A stretch of 64,000 bases of DNA. It comes from a virus. The position numbers and the translations under genes are program-made. Under the pieces are notes generated by a model, which was not told the origin of the DNA, ran no database searches, and saw only the letters and a program-made list of their open reading frames with translations. Shown piece after piece: positions 1-9,152 of the stretch. The DNA lies in the IMG/VR virus record IMGVR_UViG_3300032294_002877, positions 64,001 to 128,000 of that record, one strand, 5' to 3'. Numbering within the stretch: position 1 is the first letter of the stretch; each line of letters begins with the position of its first letter.

Positions 1-2
1 CT

Positions 3-857
3 ATCAAACAGTTTACTTGTTGCTTTTGCGATATGGATGCTGGTCGTGATGATCAGGGCAAGTATTTTAAGCCCAGCGTTGTAATGACCAAGAAGAAGCA
101 GTTCCTAAAGAAGATTAATGAATTTTCGGTAAAGCCTAGTTGGGTTATTGATACTCGTAATGGGTATCAGTGCTACTGGATTTTTGACGATGCTAGTCGC
201 AAGATTGTTGGTGGAAATAAAACATTTTGGAACGGTCTACAGAAGAAACTGGTAAATTACTTTGGTGGTGATCCAAGGGCTATCAAGCCGAATCAGATTT
301 ATCGTGTTCCTTATACTTGGTGGCGTAAAGGTTGGGAGGGCAAGGCTCCATACTTTACTAGTATTCTTCCCGGTAGCACTGGCGCTCCAATAAATGTTGC
401 TGATCTTAAAGCGGCACTTACTGGTCAACCAGCAACGCTACAGATCATTCCTGAAAAATGTAGTGATGAATGGTATAAGGGATATGCCAAGGCTTATAAG
501 CAGTCTGATATTACGGGCGTTCCAGTATCAGCAAATGTTGCTGCTGATATTCTGAATTCTATGCAGACATTAAATGCTAAAGCAAAAGCGTTTTGTAATT
601 ATGCCGGAGATGAAGATGACGATGTTGAGGTTGCTCACGGTGATCCGATGCCGGTGTATGCTGGTCGCGTGAGCGAACCGGAGTCGATCCCTGACGAGGA
701 TTTAAATCTTGACGGCCAGCAGACACGACTCTTAAAAACGGTGGTCGAGTTCCTAAACCAAGTGAGTACACCACTCTACTTTAGTAATAATCGATTCCTA
801 AGTAGTGCGGCCAAAGACTTGGCTAATCAGATCAGCGACAAGTTTTGCATAGGCTAA
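3..857 (+). CDS. RepB-like/AEP-superfamily DNA primase-polymerase domain protein, 5'-truncated by the window edge
   Basis: Frame is open from position 3 (IKQFTCCFCDMDAG). DxD motif (CDMD), PSWVIDTRNGYQCYW (motif II-like), RAIKPNQIYRVPYT. Confidence 0.6.
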   Translation: MKQFTCCFCDMDAGRDDQGKYFKPSVVMTKKKQFLKKINEFSVKPSWVIDTRNGYQCYWIFDDASRKIVGGNKTFWNGLQKKLVNYFGGDPRAIKPNQIYRVPYTWWRKGWEGKAPYFTSILPGSTGAPINVADLKAALTGQPATLQIIPEKCSDEWYKGYAKAYKQSDITGVPVSANVAADILNSMQTLNAKAKAFCNYAGDEDDDVEVAHGDPMPVYAGRVSEPESIPDEDLNLDGQQTRLLKTVVEFLNQVSTPLYFSNNRFLSSAAKDLANQISDKFCIG

Positions 858-1288
858 AGATGAATGATCCATATGACGATGAGCCATACAACGATTATGA
901 TGACTATGATGATAGTCACGACTATGATTACAGTCAGTCAGATTGGAAAAAGTTTTATTTCAAATTTGACATTAATCCATACGGATCATTATCAGATTGG
1001 TTCAAAAAAATGATGGAGGATTTGATAAACTATAAAACGCCAACTCTTCCAGAGGGTTTTTCTCCTGTTTCGTTTCCTGTGAATGATTTGTTTTCCCAAT
1101 ATACAGCGAGTGGGAGCAATCCCCTCCTGTATTTGGGGAACAATCATTACAATGAGCCGATATGGAAGAAGAAAGATTTTATCCAAGACAAACTAGGAAT
1201 AGCGTATGTTTTACATTTACAGAGTAATGCTGGGCATTTTATTAGTCAGCCGAGATATTATAAAGGGCTTTTTGACATACTTAATTAG
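845..1288 (+). CDS. hypothetical protein, D/Y-rich N-terminus
   Basis: 147-aa ORF overlapping the upstream gene; no recognisable motif. Confidence 0.6.
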   Translation: MHRLKMNDPYDDEPYNDYDDYDDSHDYDYSQSDWKKFYFKFDINPYGSLSDWFKKMMEDLINYKTPTLPEGFSPVSFPVNDLFSQYTASGSNPLLYLGNNHYNEPIWKKKDFIQDKLGIAYVLHLQSNAGHFISQPRYYKGLFDILN

Positions 1289-1290
1289 GT

Positions 1291-1734
1291 TTGTATATGA
1301 ATAAAGATAACTGGTATATAGTAGATGATATAGATGAATTTGTTTTATCCACAAGAAAATTGATCTACAACCATTTTGGCAAAGAAAAATCTAATCAGTC
1401 TAAATTTGATTCTCTTATGCTAACAGAGATTAATCCAGACGAACAAGAAGAATTTGATCAAGTCTTAACTCAAGAAGAATCTTTGCTAATAGCAAAAAAT
1501 ATTTTGAAAAAACAAACGCATAAAAAAAGCAATGAAGTAAGATATTTGGTTTCTGATAATCTCTACCGTGATATGGTAGAAAGTTTGAATGATCGTATGG
1601 TTAGTAATATATTGAATAGTTTAGTTAATAAGGGATACTTAGAAAGTGGATACGATGCCGAATCAAACGATTTCGTATTTTGGATAAAAGAAGACCAAGA
1701 TGAGCAAAATAAAGAAAAACCAGAAACCGATTGA
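1291..1734 (+). CDS. hypothetical protein
   Basis: 147-aa ORF in a tightly packed operon. Confidence 0.65.
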   Translation: MYMNKDNWYIVDDIDEFVLSTRKLIYNHFGKEKSNQSKFDSLMLTEINPDEQEEFDQVLTQEESLLIAKNILKKQTHKKSNEVRYLVSDNLYRDMVESLNDRMVSNILNSLVNKGYLESGYDAESNDFVFWIKEDQDEQNKEKPETD

Positions 1735-2059
1735 ATACGACATTCATCTAAAATATAAATGCAAAAACTGCTGTCAAGACCACTGGCTATCTTTTAACGA
1801 AGCATCTACAAAAAATTTCAAAATTGTTTGTTATTGTGGTAATGTTTTTGGAGTTAAAAGAGTAAGTAAATGCAAAATAATCTATACTAAATCAAACACA
1901 GTTAATAGTAAAATCATAAAATCATGCCTAAGTGTTTTATTAGGCTATGGCTATGATAAGGAGAGATCAGAACAAATCATTAGAGAAATATTATCGGCTT
2001 CACCAGAAATAAAACTTGCGGACTTAATAAAAAAATCTTTGGTAAAACTTGGAGAATAA
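1700..2059 (+). CDS. Zn-ribbon protein fused to a RuvA C-terminal (domain III)-like domain
   Basis: N-terminal CKNC...CYC. The C-terminus SCLSVLLGYGYDKERSEQIIREIL...LADLIKKSLVKL resembles RuvA domain III (AL..LGY...EA.......LI+.AL). Overlaps the ruvB start. Confidence 0.65.
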   Translation: MSKIKKNQKPIEYDIHLKYKCKNCCQDHWLSFNEASTKNFKIVCYCGNVFGVKRVSKCKIIYTKSNTVNSKIIKSCLSVLLGYGYDKERSEQIIREILSASPEIKLADLIKKSLVKLGE

Positions 2060-2975
2060 AATGGCAACGAATTTTCGACCCTCTTGCTTTAGCGATATAG
2101 TTGGACAAACAGAATCTATTAACAGACTCAAAATCATAACATACGGATGCAAAATGTCCGATGGTGTTATGCCACATATTCTAATTGATGGGCCTCCAGG
2201 TCTTGGTAAAACAACAATAGCAAGTGCTATTGCTAATGAGTTAAATGTTAATCTGTATACGATTAATGCTGCTAATATTAGAGCAATCAAAAATATTCTC
2301 CCATATATCATGGGTTTATCTCCACGATCAGTTTTATTTATAGATGAAATTCATAGACTACCAAAGATTGTCGAAGAATTTTTGTATCCCATCATGGAAG
2401 ATTTTGTATTAAATATTACTGTAAAAAATGAGGAAGATAAAGACGTTCCAGAAAAAATTGATATTCCTCAGTTTACTCTGGTAGGAGCAACAACAAGCGG
2501 TGGAACTTTAAGCCAGCCTTTCTATGATAGATTTACTATCAAAGAACATTTGAGTTTCTATAAAGACGAAGAATTAGCTAAACTTGCCCGGTTGAACGCA
2601 AATAGACTCGGACTAATTGTTTCTGACGAGGACTTATTAGAAATAGCAAGAAGAAGCAAAGGAACGCCACGAATTCTAAATGCCAGACTACAATGGTATA
2701 AAAATTTTACCGCCTATCATAGTGGTAAAACTATAACAGTAGAGGAGGTATTTAATAGTCAAGGCATCGACAAGGATGGTCTGGATAATTATGATAGATT
2801 ATATCTACAAATTTTACATAAAGCCAAGGGAAGTCCTCTTGGATTAAAGAGTATATCATCAATGACAGGTATAGCAATAGACACAATTGAAAACAGTATT
2901 GAGCCGTTTCTTTTGAGAAAAGGATTTGTTCAAAGGACACAAAAGGGAAGGATTATAGGTTCATATAAGATATGA
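2049..2975 (+). CDS. ruvB: Holliday junction branch migration ATPase RuvB
   Basis: FRP..F.DIVGQ, Walker A GPPGLGKTT, Walker B LFIDEIHRL, GATT, DRF, RSKGTPR, IEPFLLRKGFVQRTQKGR. Confidence 0.95.
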   Translation: MENKMATNFRPSCFSDIVGQTESINRLKIITYGCKMSDGVMPHILIDGPPGLGKTTIASAIANELNVNLYTINAANIRAIKNILPYIMGLSPRSVLFIDEIHRLPKIVEEFLYPIMEDFVLNITVKNEEDKDVPEKIDIPQFTLVGATTSGGTLSQPFYDRFTIKEHLSFYKDEELAKLARLNANRLGLIVSDEDLLEIARRSKGTPRILNARLQWYKNFTAYHSGKTITVEEVFNSQGIDKDGLDNYDRLYLQILHKAKGSPLGLKSISSMTGIAIDTIENSIEPFLLRKGFVQRTQKGRIIGSYKI

Positions 2976-3361
2976 AATACAAGACATGGATTGTTGCATT
3001 ATTTTTTATTTTTTGTACAACTATATCACTAGCAGACAATAAATTTCCTATTTTTGTTGATAGTTTGTTGGATGCTATTGTAGAATCAGAAAATTCTAAA
3101 AAAGATGTGCTGCTAATCTTTAGTGCTGACTGGTGTAAGTTTTGCAGAGTAATGAAGAAAGATATAGATAATAATATACGTGATTTAAACGGTATAATTA
3201 TTAGTTATGTGGATGTTGATAAAGATCCAGAACTAGCAAAAGAATTTAAAGTCAAACAGTTACCGGATTACATAATACTAAGGAATAAGATAGAGATAAA
3301 AAGAAAAGTAGGATACAAAAATTTTGAAACTTTTAAACGATGGTTAAAAGATAATGATTAA
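2972..3361 (+). CDS. thioredoxin-fold protein with signal peptide
   Basis: Hydrophobic N-terminus; FSADWCKFC CxxC motif. Confidence 0.85.
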   Translation: MKYKTWIVALFFIFCTTISLADNKFPIFVDSLLDAIVESENSKKDVLLIFSADWCKFCRVMKKDIDNNIRDLNGIIISYVDVDKDPELAKEFKVKQLPDYIILRNKIEIKRKVGYKNFETFKRWLKDND

Positions 3362-3659
3362 AGAATCAGTATTTATAGTTTTTTCTATATGTGTAATGGC
3401 ATTATTTTTTCTGGTAGGCTATACTCTAGGGAGAATGTCAGCAAACTATGGTGTATATGATGGTGATATTAAATCGTCAATAGTTGATAACAGTAAGAAA
3501 AAACAACAAAAGAACAATATAACAATTGACGACACTAAATATGTTGTTGATATTAAAACGGATGATATTGAGAAAAAGTATCATTCATTAGGAGATAAAA
3601 AAACATCAACAGACAACATCAGTAGTTCTGTAGATAAACTCAAAAACTTAAAGAGGTAA
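3354..3659 (+). CDS. single-pass membrane protein
   Basis: N-terminal TM helix (VFIVFSICVMALFFLVGYTLG), K-rich tail; directly upstream of the actin-like gene. Confidence 0.65.
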   Translation: MIKESVFIVFSICVMALFFLVGYTLGRMSANYGVYDGDIKSSIVDNSKKKQQKNNITIDDTKYVVDIKTDDIEKKYHSLGDKKTSTDNISSSVDKLKNLKR

Positions 3660-3664
3660 TAATT

Positions 3665-4669
3665 ATGGCAGGAAAAGGTTGTGACGTAGGCACTAGTTTT
3701 ATTGTTTTAGCAAAAGAAACACCTAATGGAATCGAATACAAAGATTTCCGTGATGCTTTTTATGTTATCAAGCCTACGACCCCAGTTTCTGTCAAGATGA
3801 TCGAAAAAGGATTAACAGGCAAAGTTTTTATCAAAGATACTGATGGATCATTTGTTCTTTTGGGCAAAGACGCTATAGAAAAAGCAGTGGAAAGAAACGA
3901 TAATGCTAAAAGACCAATGAAAAAAGGCGTTGTTTCCGCACAAGAAAAAGACGCAAAAAGAATATTAGCGTTTATTCTAAAAGAAGTTGCTGGCACAGCA
4001 TCAGAACCAAATGAGAAACTTATTTTTTGCGTACCAGCACAACCAGTAGATGTTGAAGATGATGATTTTGATATAGGCTATCATGAAGATGTATTAAAGT
4101 CTATATTCCAAGAATGTGGATATGATGCTAGAAGTATCAATGAAGCGGAAGCAATCTGTTATGCGGAACTGGAGGCTGAGGACTATACTGGAATTTCTGT
4201 ATCGGCAGGATCTGGTATGCAGAATGTCTGCGTTATGCTTAATGGTGAACCAACCGTAAAATTCAGCACCACTAAATCTGGAGATTTTATCGACAGAATG
4301 GCCGCTGTTGCAACAGGAGAAAAGGATACTGTAGTTCAAGCGGAGAAAGAGGGTGGTGAATTTGTTATTGGTCAACCTAATGATAATCCAGTATTAGCTG
4401 CCGTATCTGCATATTATGAAAGATTAATTGACTATACAACAAAACAATTAGCAGCATCATTAACAAATCATAAGTCTTTACCAAAATTTAAGCAACCATT
4501 AAGGATTGTGGTAGCCGGAGGAACATCATTAGCCAAAGGTTATGTTGAAATGTTTCATAAAAAATTATTAGAGAATAACTTCCCCTTACCTATTAAAGAA
4601 GTTGTTCATGCCGCTGATCCTTTACATGCGGTAGCAAAAGGCTGTTTAATAGCAGCTAAGATATTGTGA
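3665..4669 (+). CDS. actin-fold ATPase, volactin-like
   Basis: Phosphate-1 GCDVGTS, phosphate-2 SVSAGSGMQNV, adenosine VVAGGTS, C-terminal DPLHAVAKGCLIAA. RBS-like gaggt upstream. Confidence 0.85.
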   Translation: MAGKGCDVGTSFIVLAKETPNGIEYKDFRDAFYVIKPTTPVSVKMIEKGLTGKVFIKDTDGSFVLLGKDAIEKAVERNDNAKRPMKKGVVSAQEKDAKRILAFILKEVAGTASEPNEKLIFCVPAQPVDVEDDDFDIGYHEDVLKSIFQECGYDARSINEAEAICYAELEAEDYTGISVSAGSGMQNVCVMLNGEPTVKFSTTKSGDFIDRMAAVATGEKDTVVQAEKEGGEFVIGQPNDNPVLAAVSAYYERLIDYTTKQLAASLTNHKSLPKFKQPLRIVVAGGTSLAKGYVEMFHKKLLENNFPLPIKEVVHAADPLHAVAKGCLIAAKIL

Positions 4670-4980
4670 TGTTTGGCATATTTAAACTAAGATATGCCAC
4701 AAGATCGCCTAAATGGTCAAAAGTTAGAGAAAACCATCTGAAAGAAAATCCACGCTGTTGTGCGTGCGGTAAAAATAAGAAGCTAGAAGTTCATCATATA
4801 GTTCCTGTGCATATTGATTCTTCCAGGGAACTTGATCCTAGCAATCTAGTCACACTATGTGCAGATCCTTGTCATATAGTATTTGGCCATTTATTAGACT
4901 TTAAAAGTTGGAATATTGATGTTATAAAAGATTGTGAGGTGTATTATAATAGAGTAAAAAATAAACCCTTTAAAAAATAA
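4666..4980 (+). CDS. HNH endonuclease
   Basis: CCACG...LEVHHIVP...NLVTLCADPCH. Confidence 0.85.
   Translation: MMFGIFKLRYATRSPKWSKVRENHLKENPRCCACGKNKKLEVHHIVPVHIDSSRELDPSNLVTLCADPCHIVFGHLLDFKSWNIDVIKDCEVYYNRVKNKPFKK
4938..4955 (+). promoter_or_regulatory. GGTGTA-type putative phage promoter motif
   Basis: GGTGTATTATAATAGAGT, about 35 nt upstream of the trypsin-like gene; the motif recurs before other genes. Confidence 0.4.
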
Positions 4981-4988
4981 AAGGGATT

Positions 4989-5750
4989 TTGATGAGATAC
5001 ATTTTAATTCTTATTATAACATTTTTTTGTTCTACTATATCAGCTGGAACAATTGATCCGTCAACTCCTCAACAAAAGTATCTTGAGTACGGAAAAAAAT
5101 TCAGATGCATAGCCAGACTGTGCGGTAAAGATCGTGCTGGAACAACGTATTGCGCATCTGCCGTCGCTATTAAACCAAACTGGTTCCTGACAGCGGCTCA
5201 TGTCGTTAAAGATATTGAAACGTGTCATATTACCATAGAAAACAGAGAGAAAATATGTGTAGATAAAATATATTGTCATAATAAATTTGATGATAATATT
5301 TTTGGATATAATGATATTGCTTTGGGATATGTAGCTCAAGGCTTAGATCTAGATTTTTATCCAGAATTATATACAGACAAGGATGAGACTGGTAAGATAT
5401 GTTCAATGTCTGGTTATGGTTTAACCGGTACGTTTCTAACTGGATCAAAAGATTCTGATTCTAATCGCAGAGCCGGGTCGAATATTATCGACGGGATACA
5501 AAAACAATTATTGATTTGCACACCATCTAAAAGTCACCAGAACTCTACAGAGCTAGAATTTCTTATTGCTAGTGGAGATAGTGGTGGCGGTTTATTTATT
5601 GATTCAAAATTAGCCGGAATTAATTCTTGCGTAATAGCCGCTGATCGTAAACCAGACTCATCATATACCGATGAGAGCGGACACACAAGAGTTAGTGAAC
5701 ATACTGAATGGATTAAATCTATTATAAATAGTAACTCAAATGAGAAATAA
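4989..5750 (+). CDS. trypsin-like serine protease (S1), secreted
   Basis: Signal peptide; LTAAHVV, NDIALG, GDSGGG catalytic triad. Confidence 0.9.
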   Translation: MMRYILILIITFFCSTISAGTIDPSTPQQKYLEYGKKFRCIARLCGKDRAGTTYCASAVAIKPNWFLTAAHVVKDIETCHITIENREKICVDKIYCHNKFDDNIFGYNDIALGYVAQGLDLDFYPELYTDKDETGKICSMSGYGLTGTFLTGSKDSDSNRRAGSNIIDGIQKQLLICTPSKSHQNSTELEFLIASGDSGGGLFIDSKLAGINSCVIAADRKPDSSYTDESGHTRVSEHTEWIKSIINSNSNEK

Positions 5751-6675
5751 AGAATACAGCCTATTACCTTTTATTAGAGAAGATATTCACGGGTTATCCC
5801 CGGACGATGCTCAAATATTTGGTTGGGAAATAACAAAATTTGATATACCAAATTTATGGAAATATTCTACAGGCAAAAGTGTTAAGATAGCTGTGATAGA
5901 TACGGGATGCGATTTGGATCATCCAGATATTAAAAATAATATTATTCAAGGTAAGAACTTCATAGATAAAAATAAAGATCCGTATGACGATAATGGTCAT
6001 GGATCTCATTGTGCCGGAACAATTGCCGCGGAGAACAACGGGACGGGTATGGTTGGGGTCGCCCCTCAAGCAAAGATTATGCCTGTCAAAGTTTTGAATA
6101 GTGCTGGTCAGGGAGGTTTACAAAATATAGTCAATGGTATTATTTGGGCTGTTGATGCTGGGGCGGATATTCTTTCATTAAGTTTAGGTTCTACATCTCC
6201 AGCTATTCCTTTAGAAAATGCTATCAATTATGCTGCATCAAAAGGATGTATAGTATTTTGTGCTGCTGGAAATAATGGAGTAAATTCAGATATTACATAT
6301 CCAGCAAAATACGACCATACTATAGCCATAGGAGCCATAGACAAAAACCTAGAACGTACCCAGTTTACCTGTAGCGGTGAGACGCTTGATTTTCTAGCAC
6401 CAGGGCATGATATTTTAAGTTGTGTACCTGGAGGACATTACGCTTTAATGAGCGGAACCAGTATGAGTACTCCGTTTGCTGTAGGGTGTGCTGCTCTATT
6501 ATTAGACTATACTAGGCAAGTCAAATATTCAGCAATTAATGATATATTAAAAAATACAGAAGATTATATTAATATTTTTAGGAAGAAAAGCAAAAGCTTA
6601 AAAGATCCAAAATTTTCTGGACAGAAGAAGTACGAGGGGTATGGAATACTATACCCTTTTCTTGCTGGTAGATAG
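5740..6675 (+). CDS. subtilisin-like serine protease (S8)
   Basis: IAVIDTG, NGHGSHCAGTIAA, AAGN, SGTSMSTP. Confidence 0.95.
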   Translation: MRNKEYSLLPFIREDIHGLSPDDAQIFGWEITKFDIPNLWKYSTGKSVKIAVIDTGCDLDHPDIKNNIIQGKNFIDKNKDPYDDNGHGSHCAGTIAAENNGTGMVGVAPQAKIMPVKVLNSAGQGGLQNIVNGIIWAVDAGADILSLSLGSTSPAIPLENAINYAASKGCIVFCAAGNNGVNSDITYPAKYDHTIAIGAIDKNLERTQFTCSGETLDFLAPGHDILSCVPGGHYALMSGTSMSTPFAVGCAALLLDYTRQVKYSAINDILKNTEDYINIFRKKSKSLKDPKFSGQKKYEGYGILYPFLAGR

Positions 6676-7125
6676 TCAGGGCTTGTATACGTTATAAATA
6701 TTTTCTATTGCTTCTTTATCGTACTTACCGCTATATCTTAATCTGGCTTTTTCTTTCTTTTGCCATGCTTCTATATCTCTATAGTAGCTATTAATTTGGC
6801 GACCATTAAAGTAAGTTCTAATTTTTTTATTTTTATTATCCAGCTGCATAGAGTACGCTGTTTGATTATTAATATTTGCTTGAGATTCATTTAGTAAATA
6901 ATTACCTTGACTATTAATAAGTGCAGCTTCACCATTTAATAATCCTTGTTGTTGGGTTGATGCATAGTTATTATTGAATAAAATTCCTTGCAATGCCAGA
7001 TCGGCGGCCTGAAAATTATTTGGATATTGTGCCATAGAGATTTGACAATATAGTATAATTGCAATAGAAATAAAGTATTTTGTTAAGTGTTTCATTGAAA
7101 TCTCTTTTTTGTATGTGTCAACCAC
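6676..7125 (-). CDS. secreted Q/N-rich hypothetical protein
   Basis: Signal peptide; G.AALI.SQG.Y.L..SQA.INN.....LDN....I.TYF..RQIN pattern, recalled from planctomycete proteins. Confidence 0.6.
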   Translation of the reverse strand: MVDTYKKEISMKHLTKYFISIAIILYCQISMAQYPNNFQAADLALQGILFNNNYASTQQQGLLNGEAALINSQGNYLLNESQANINNQTAYSMQLDNKNKKIRTYFNGRQINSYYRDIEAWQKKEKARLRYSGKYDKEAIENIYNVYKP

Positions 7126-7166
7126 TCATAATAATAAACAGGCCAATTGAAAAAGCAACAAAAAAA

Positions 7167-7814
7167 TTATGCAAGTTTGATTAGAACTCCTAGTTCGTGG
7201 AAAATCTTAAACAATACGTATCTATCGCTATTAATATTTTGTTTGCTTATATAAGTTTCTACGGCTGCTTTTACACCAGGTAGATCTGGTCGTTCATAAT
7301 CATGAAATACAATACAGCCTCCCACAGATAGTCTTGGGTATACTAGAGATAAACTATCAAAAATACTATCATAGAAGTCTCCATCCAAAAAACCAAAAGA
7401 GATACTATCAGGGAGATCCTTGGGACCAATGTTGCTAAACCAACCTTTAGTAATAATTGGCGGAACCAAACCATTTTGTTCAAAATTAGCAATCAAAACA
7501 TCTTGTGTTGTCTTAAGTGTGCCAGATTTCCATCCTGTATTTTTTTCATAGTCACTCAATTCTGGGAGCCCCTCGAAAGAATCATAAACATATAATTTTT
7601 TATGAGATAATTTATTATCTAACATCATTCTGAGATATTTAGACGATTCCCCAACAAAACAACCAAACTCAACAACATCTCCTAGTATATTATTATTAAT
7701 AGTATTTTCTAATAACGATATGAGCATTCTAATTTGATCTTTAGATATGATACTTGCATCAATGCATTGATTAGGTCTTCGTAGTAAAAGATTAGCGGTT
7801 TGAAAGTTTATCAT
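7167..7814 (-). CDS. TylF/MycF-family sugar O-methyltransferase
   Basis: GDVVEFGCFVG, YDSFEGLP, KGWF, LDGDFYDS, FHDY. ATG at 7814 preferred over 7844. Confidence 0.9.
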   Translation of the reverse strand: MINFQTANLLLRRPNQCIDASIISKDQIRMLISLLENTINNNILGDVVEFGCFVGESSKYLRMMLDNKLSHKKLYVYDSFEGLPELSDYEKNTGWKSGTLKTTQDVLIANFEQNGLVPPIITKGWFSNIGPKDLPDSISFGFLDGDFYDSIFDSLSLVYPRLSVGGCIVFHDYERPDLPGVKAAVETYISKQNINSDRYVLFKIFHELGVLIKLA

Positions 7815-7815
7815 A

Positions 7816-8448
7816 TTATTCCTTAATAAAAGATCCCCACGCAACAGAGACCATTTCTTCGTGCATGAAGGGTTTAAGATTATATTTGTCTATAGATAGT
7901 TGTATATCTGAGTCTTTGATTTCGTGCCAATTCCATACTTTGCCCTTCATTGTGGTATTAAAATATTCTGTTGTTGGAGCATAGTCATGTGTCATGATTA
8001 TATCGTCTTTTTTAAGGTATTGTGATAGTATATTGAACTCACAAACTTTGCACCCTCCATCACATAGAACTATCGCTCTGCCATCAAGACCAATAAAATC
8101 AGATACTGAACTATCTATAAGTCTAGTATATGATTCATTAAAAATATTTTGTACTTTTACATCTATAGTATCCGATACCATCTCTTTATACCAAGATCTC
8201 TCAGAAATATCGTAAGATAAAATTTTGGTATTCAGATTATAGTTTCTACAAGCATAATCCAGAAAATTTGTAAATCCACCTAGAGCTGTACCTATTTCTA
8301 AAATTCTATTAGGTTTAGTTGTATGTATAAAATCCCAAAAAATACCGTATGCATGATGAGATTGTTGTGCAGAGTGATTTCTCCATGCTGACAAACCATC
8401 ATTGTTTTCTAAGTCTATTTTTCTAGTAATGTCACTATTAATACTCAT
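7816..8448 (-). CDS. class I SAM-dependent methyltransferase
   Basis: ILEIGTALGGFT, VLCDGG, MTHDY. Confidence 0.75.
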   Translation of the reverse strand: MSINSDITRKIDLENNDGLSAWRNHSAQQSHHAYGIFWDFIHTTKPNRILEIGTALGGFTNFLDYACRNYNLNTKILSYDISERSWYKEMVSDTIDVKVQNIFNESYTRLIDSSVSDFIGLDGRAIVLCDGGCKVCEFNILSQYLKKDDIIMTHDYAPTTEYFNTTMKGKVWNWHEIKDSDIQLSIDKYNLKPFMHEEMVSVAWGSFIKE

Positions 8449-9152
8449 TAGAACCTCACATGTAGACGGCCTGATATATCATTAAATTCAAAACAGCTAG
8501 ATAATGATCTTAATTCTTGCCAAGAAAAAGTCATGCCAGCATCTATAACGCTCATGCCAATCTCGACGCCCTCAGCAAAAGTCCAAAGATTATTGTCTAT
8601 GCAAAATTGATTTCTATTTTTCCACGCTTCAACAAATACAGATAATTTATTGGTATTCTTAAGTATAAAAAATTGCTCATTACACACATGAGCGTTGTCA
8701 TATTTTGATGTTTCATTTAAATTATAGGGAATAATTTTATGTTTCCAAAAACATGACCACTCATCATTTTTTCCTGTTCCTATAAGATGAGGTCTTTCGA
8801 AATAAAAATCTAATGTATTGTTATCAAAAAACATATCTAGTTTGCTATAATTGTATCTTTCATGTATCCTCCAGTCAGCATCTGTATATATAATATACTC
8901 AAAATTATAATTTAGTGCTTTTTCTATAGCTTGGTATTTTAGATTATAGTTAAAGCCATTTCCAACTCTGGTAATAGTGTCGGCATCTACAGGAATTATA
9001 GTAGTATTACTAGGCACATCTAAATGAATAAGATCAGATATTATTATTCTGTGAACATCTATGTCTTTTGTTAGAAGCTCATGACTAAACTTCAAAGCGC
9101 GATCAAGATAATCTGTTCCTATCGCTAAAGTAGTATATATATATTTTTTCAT
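8448..9152 (-). CDS. putative glycosyltransferase (GT-A-like)
   Basis: IIYTDAD DxD motif; glycosylation-island context. Confidence 0.55.
   Translation of the reverse strand: MKKYIYTTLAIGTDYLDRALKFSHELLTKDIDVHRIIISDLIHLDVPSNTTIIPVDADTITRVGNGFNYNLKYQAIEKALNYNFEYIIYTDADWRIHERYNYSKLDMFFDNNTLDFYFERPHLIGTGKNDEWSCFWKHKIIPYNLNETSKYDNAHVCNEQFFILKNTNKLSVFVEAWKNRNQFCIDNNLWTFAEGVEIGMSVIDAGMTFSWQELRSLSSCFEFNDISGRLHVRF

Noticed and set aside
4666-4980. HNH genes (also 51789-52367) as mobile homing elements or intron markers
   Set aside because: Neighbouring genes are intact and no intron-like insertion was seen; freestanding HNHs are common in large phages
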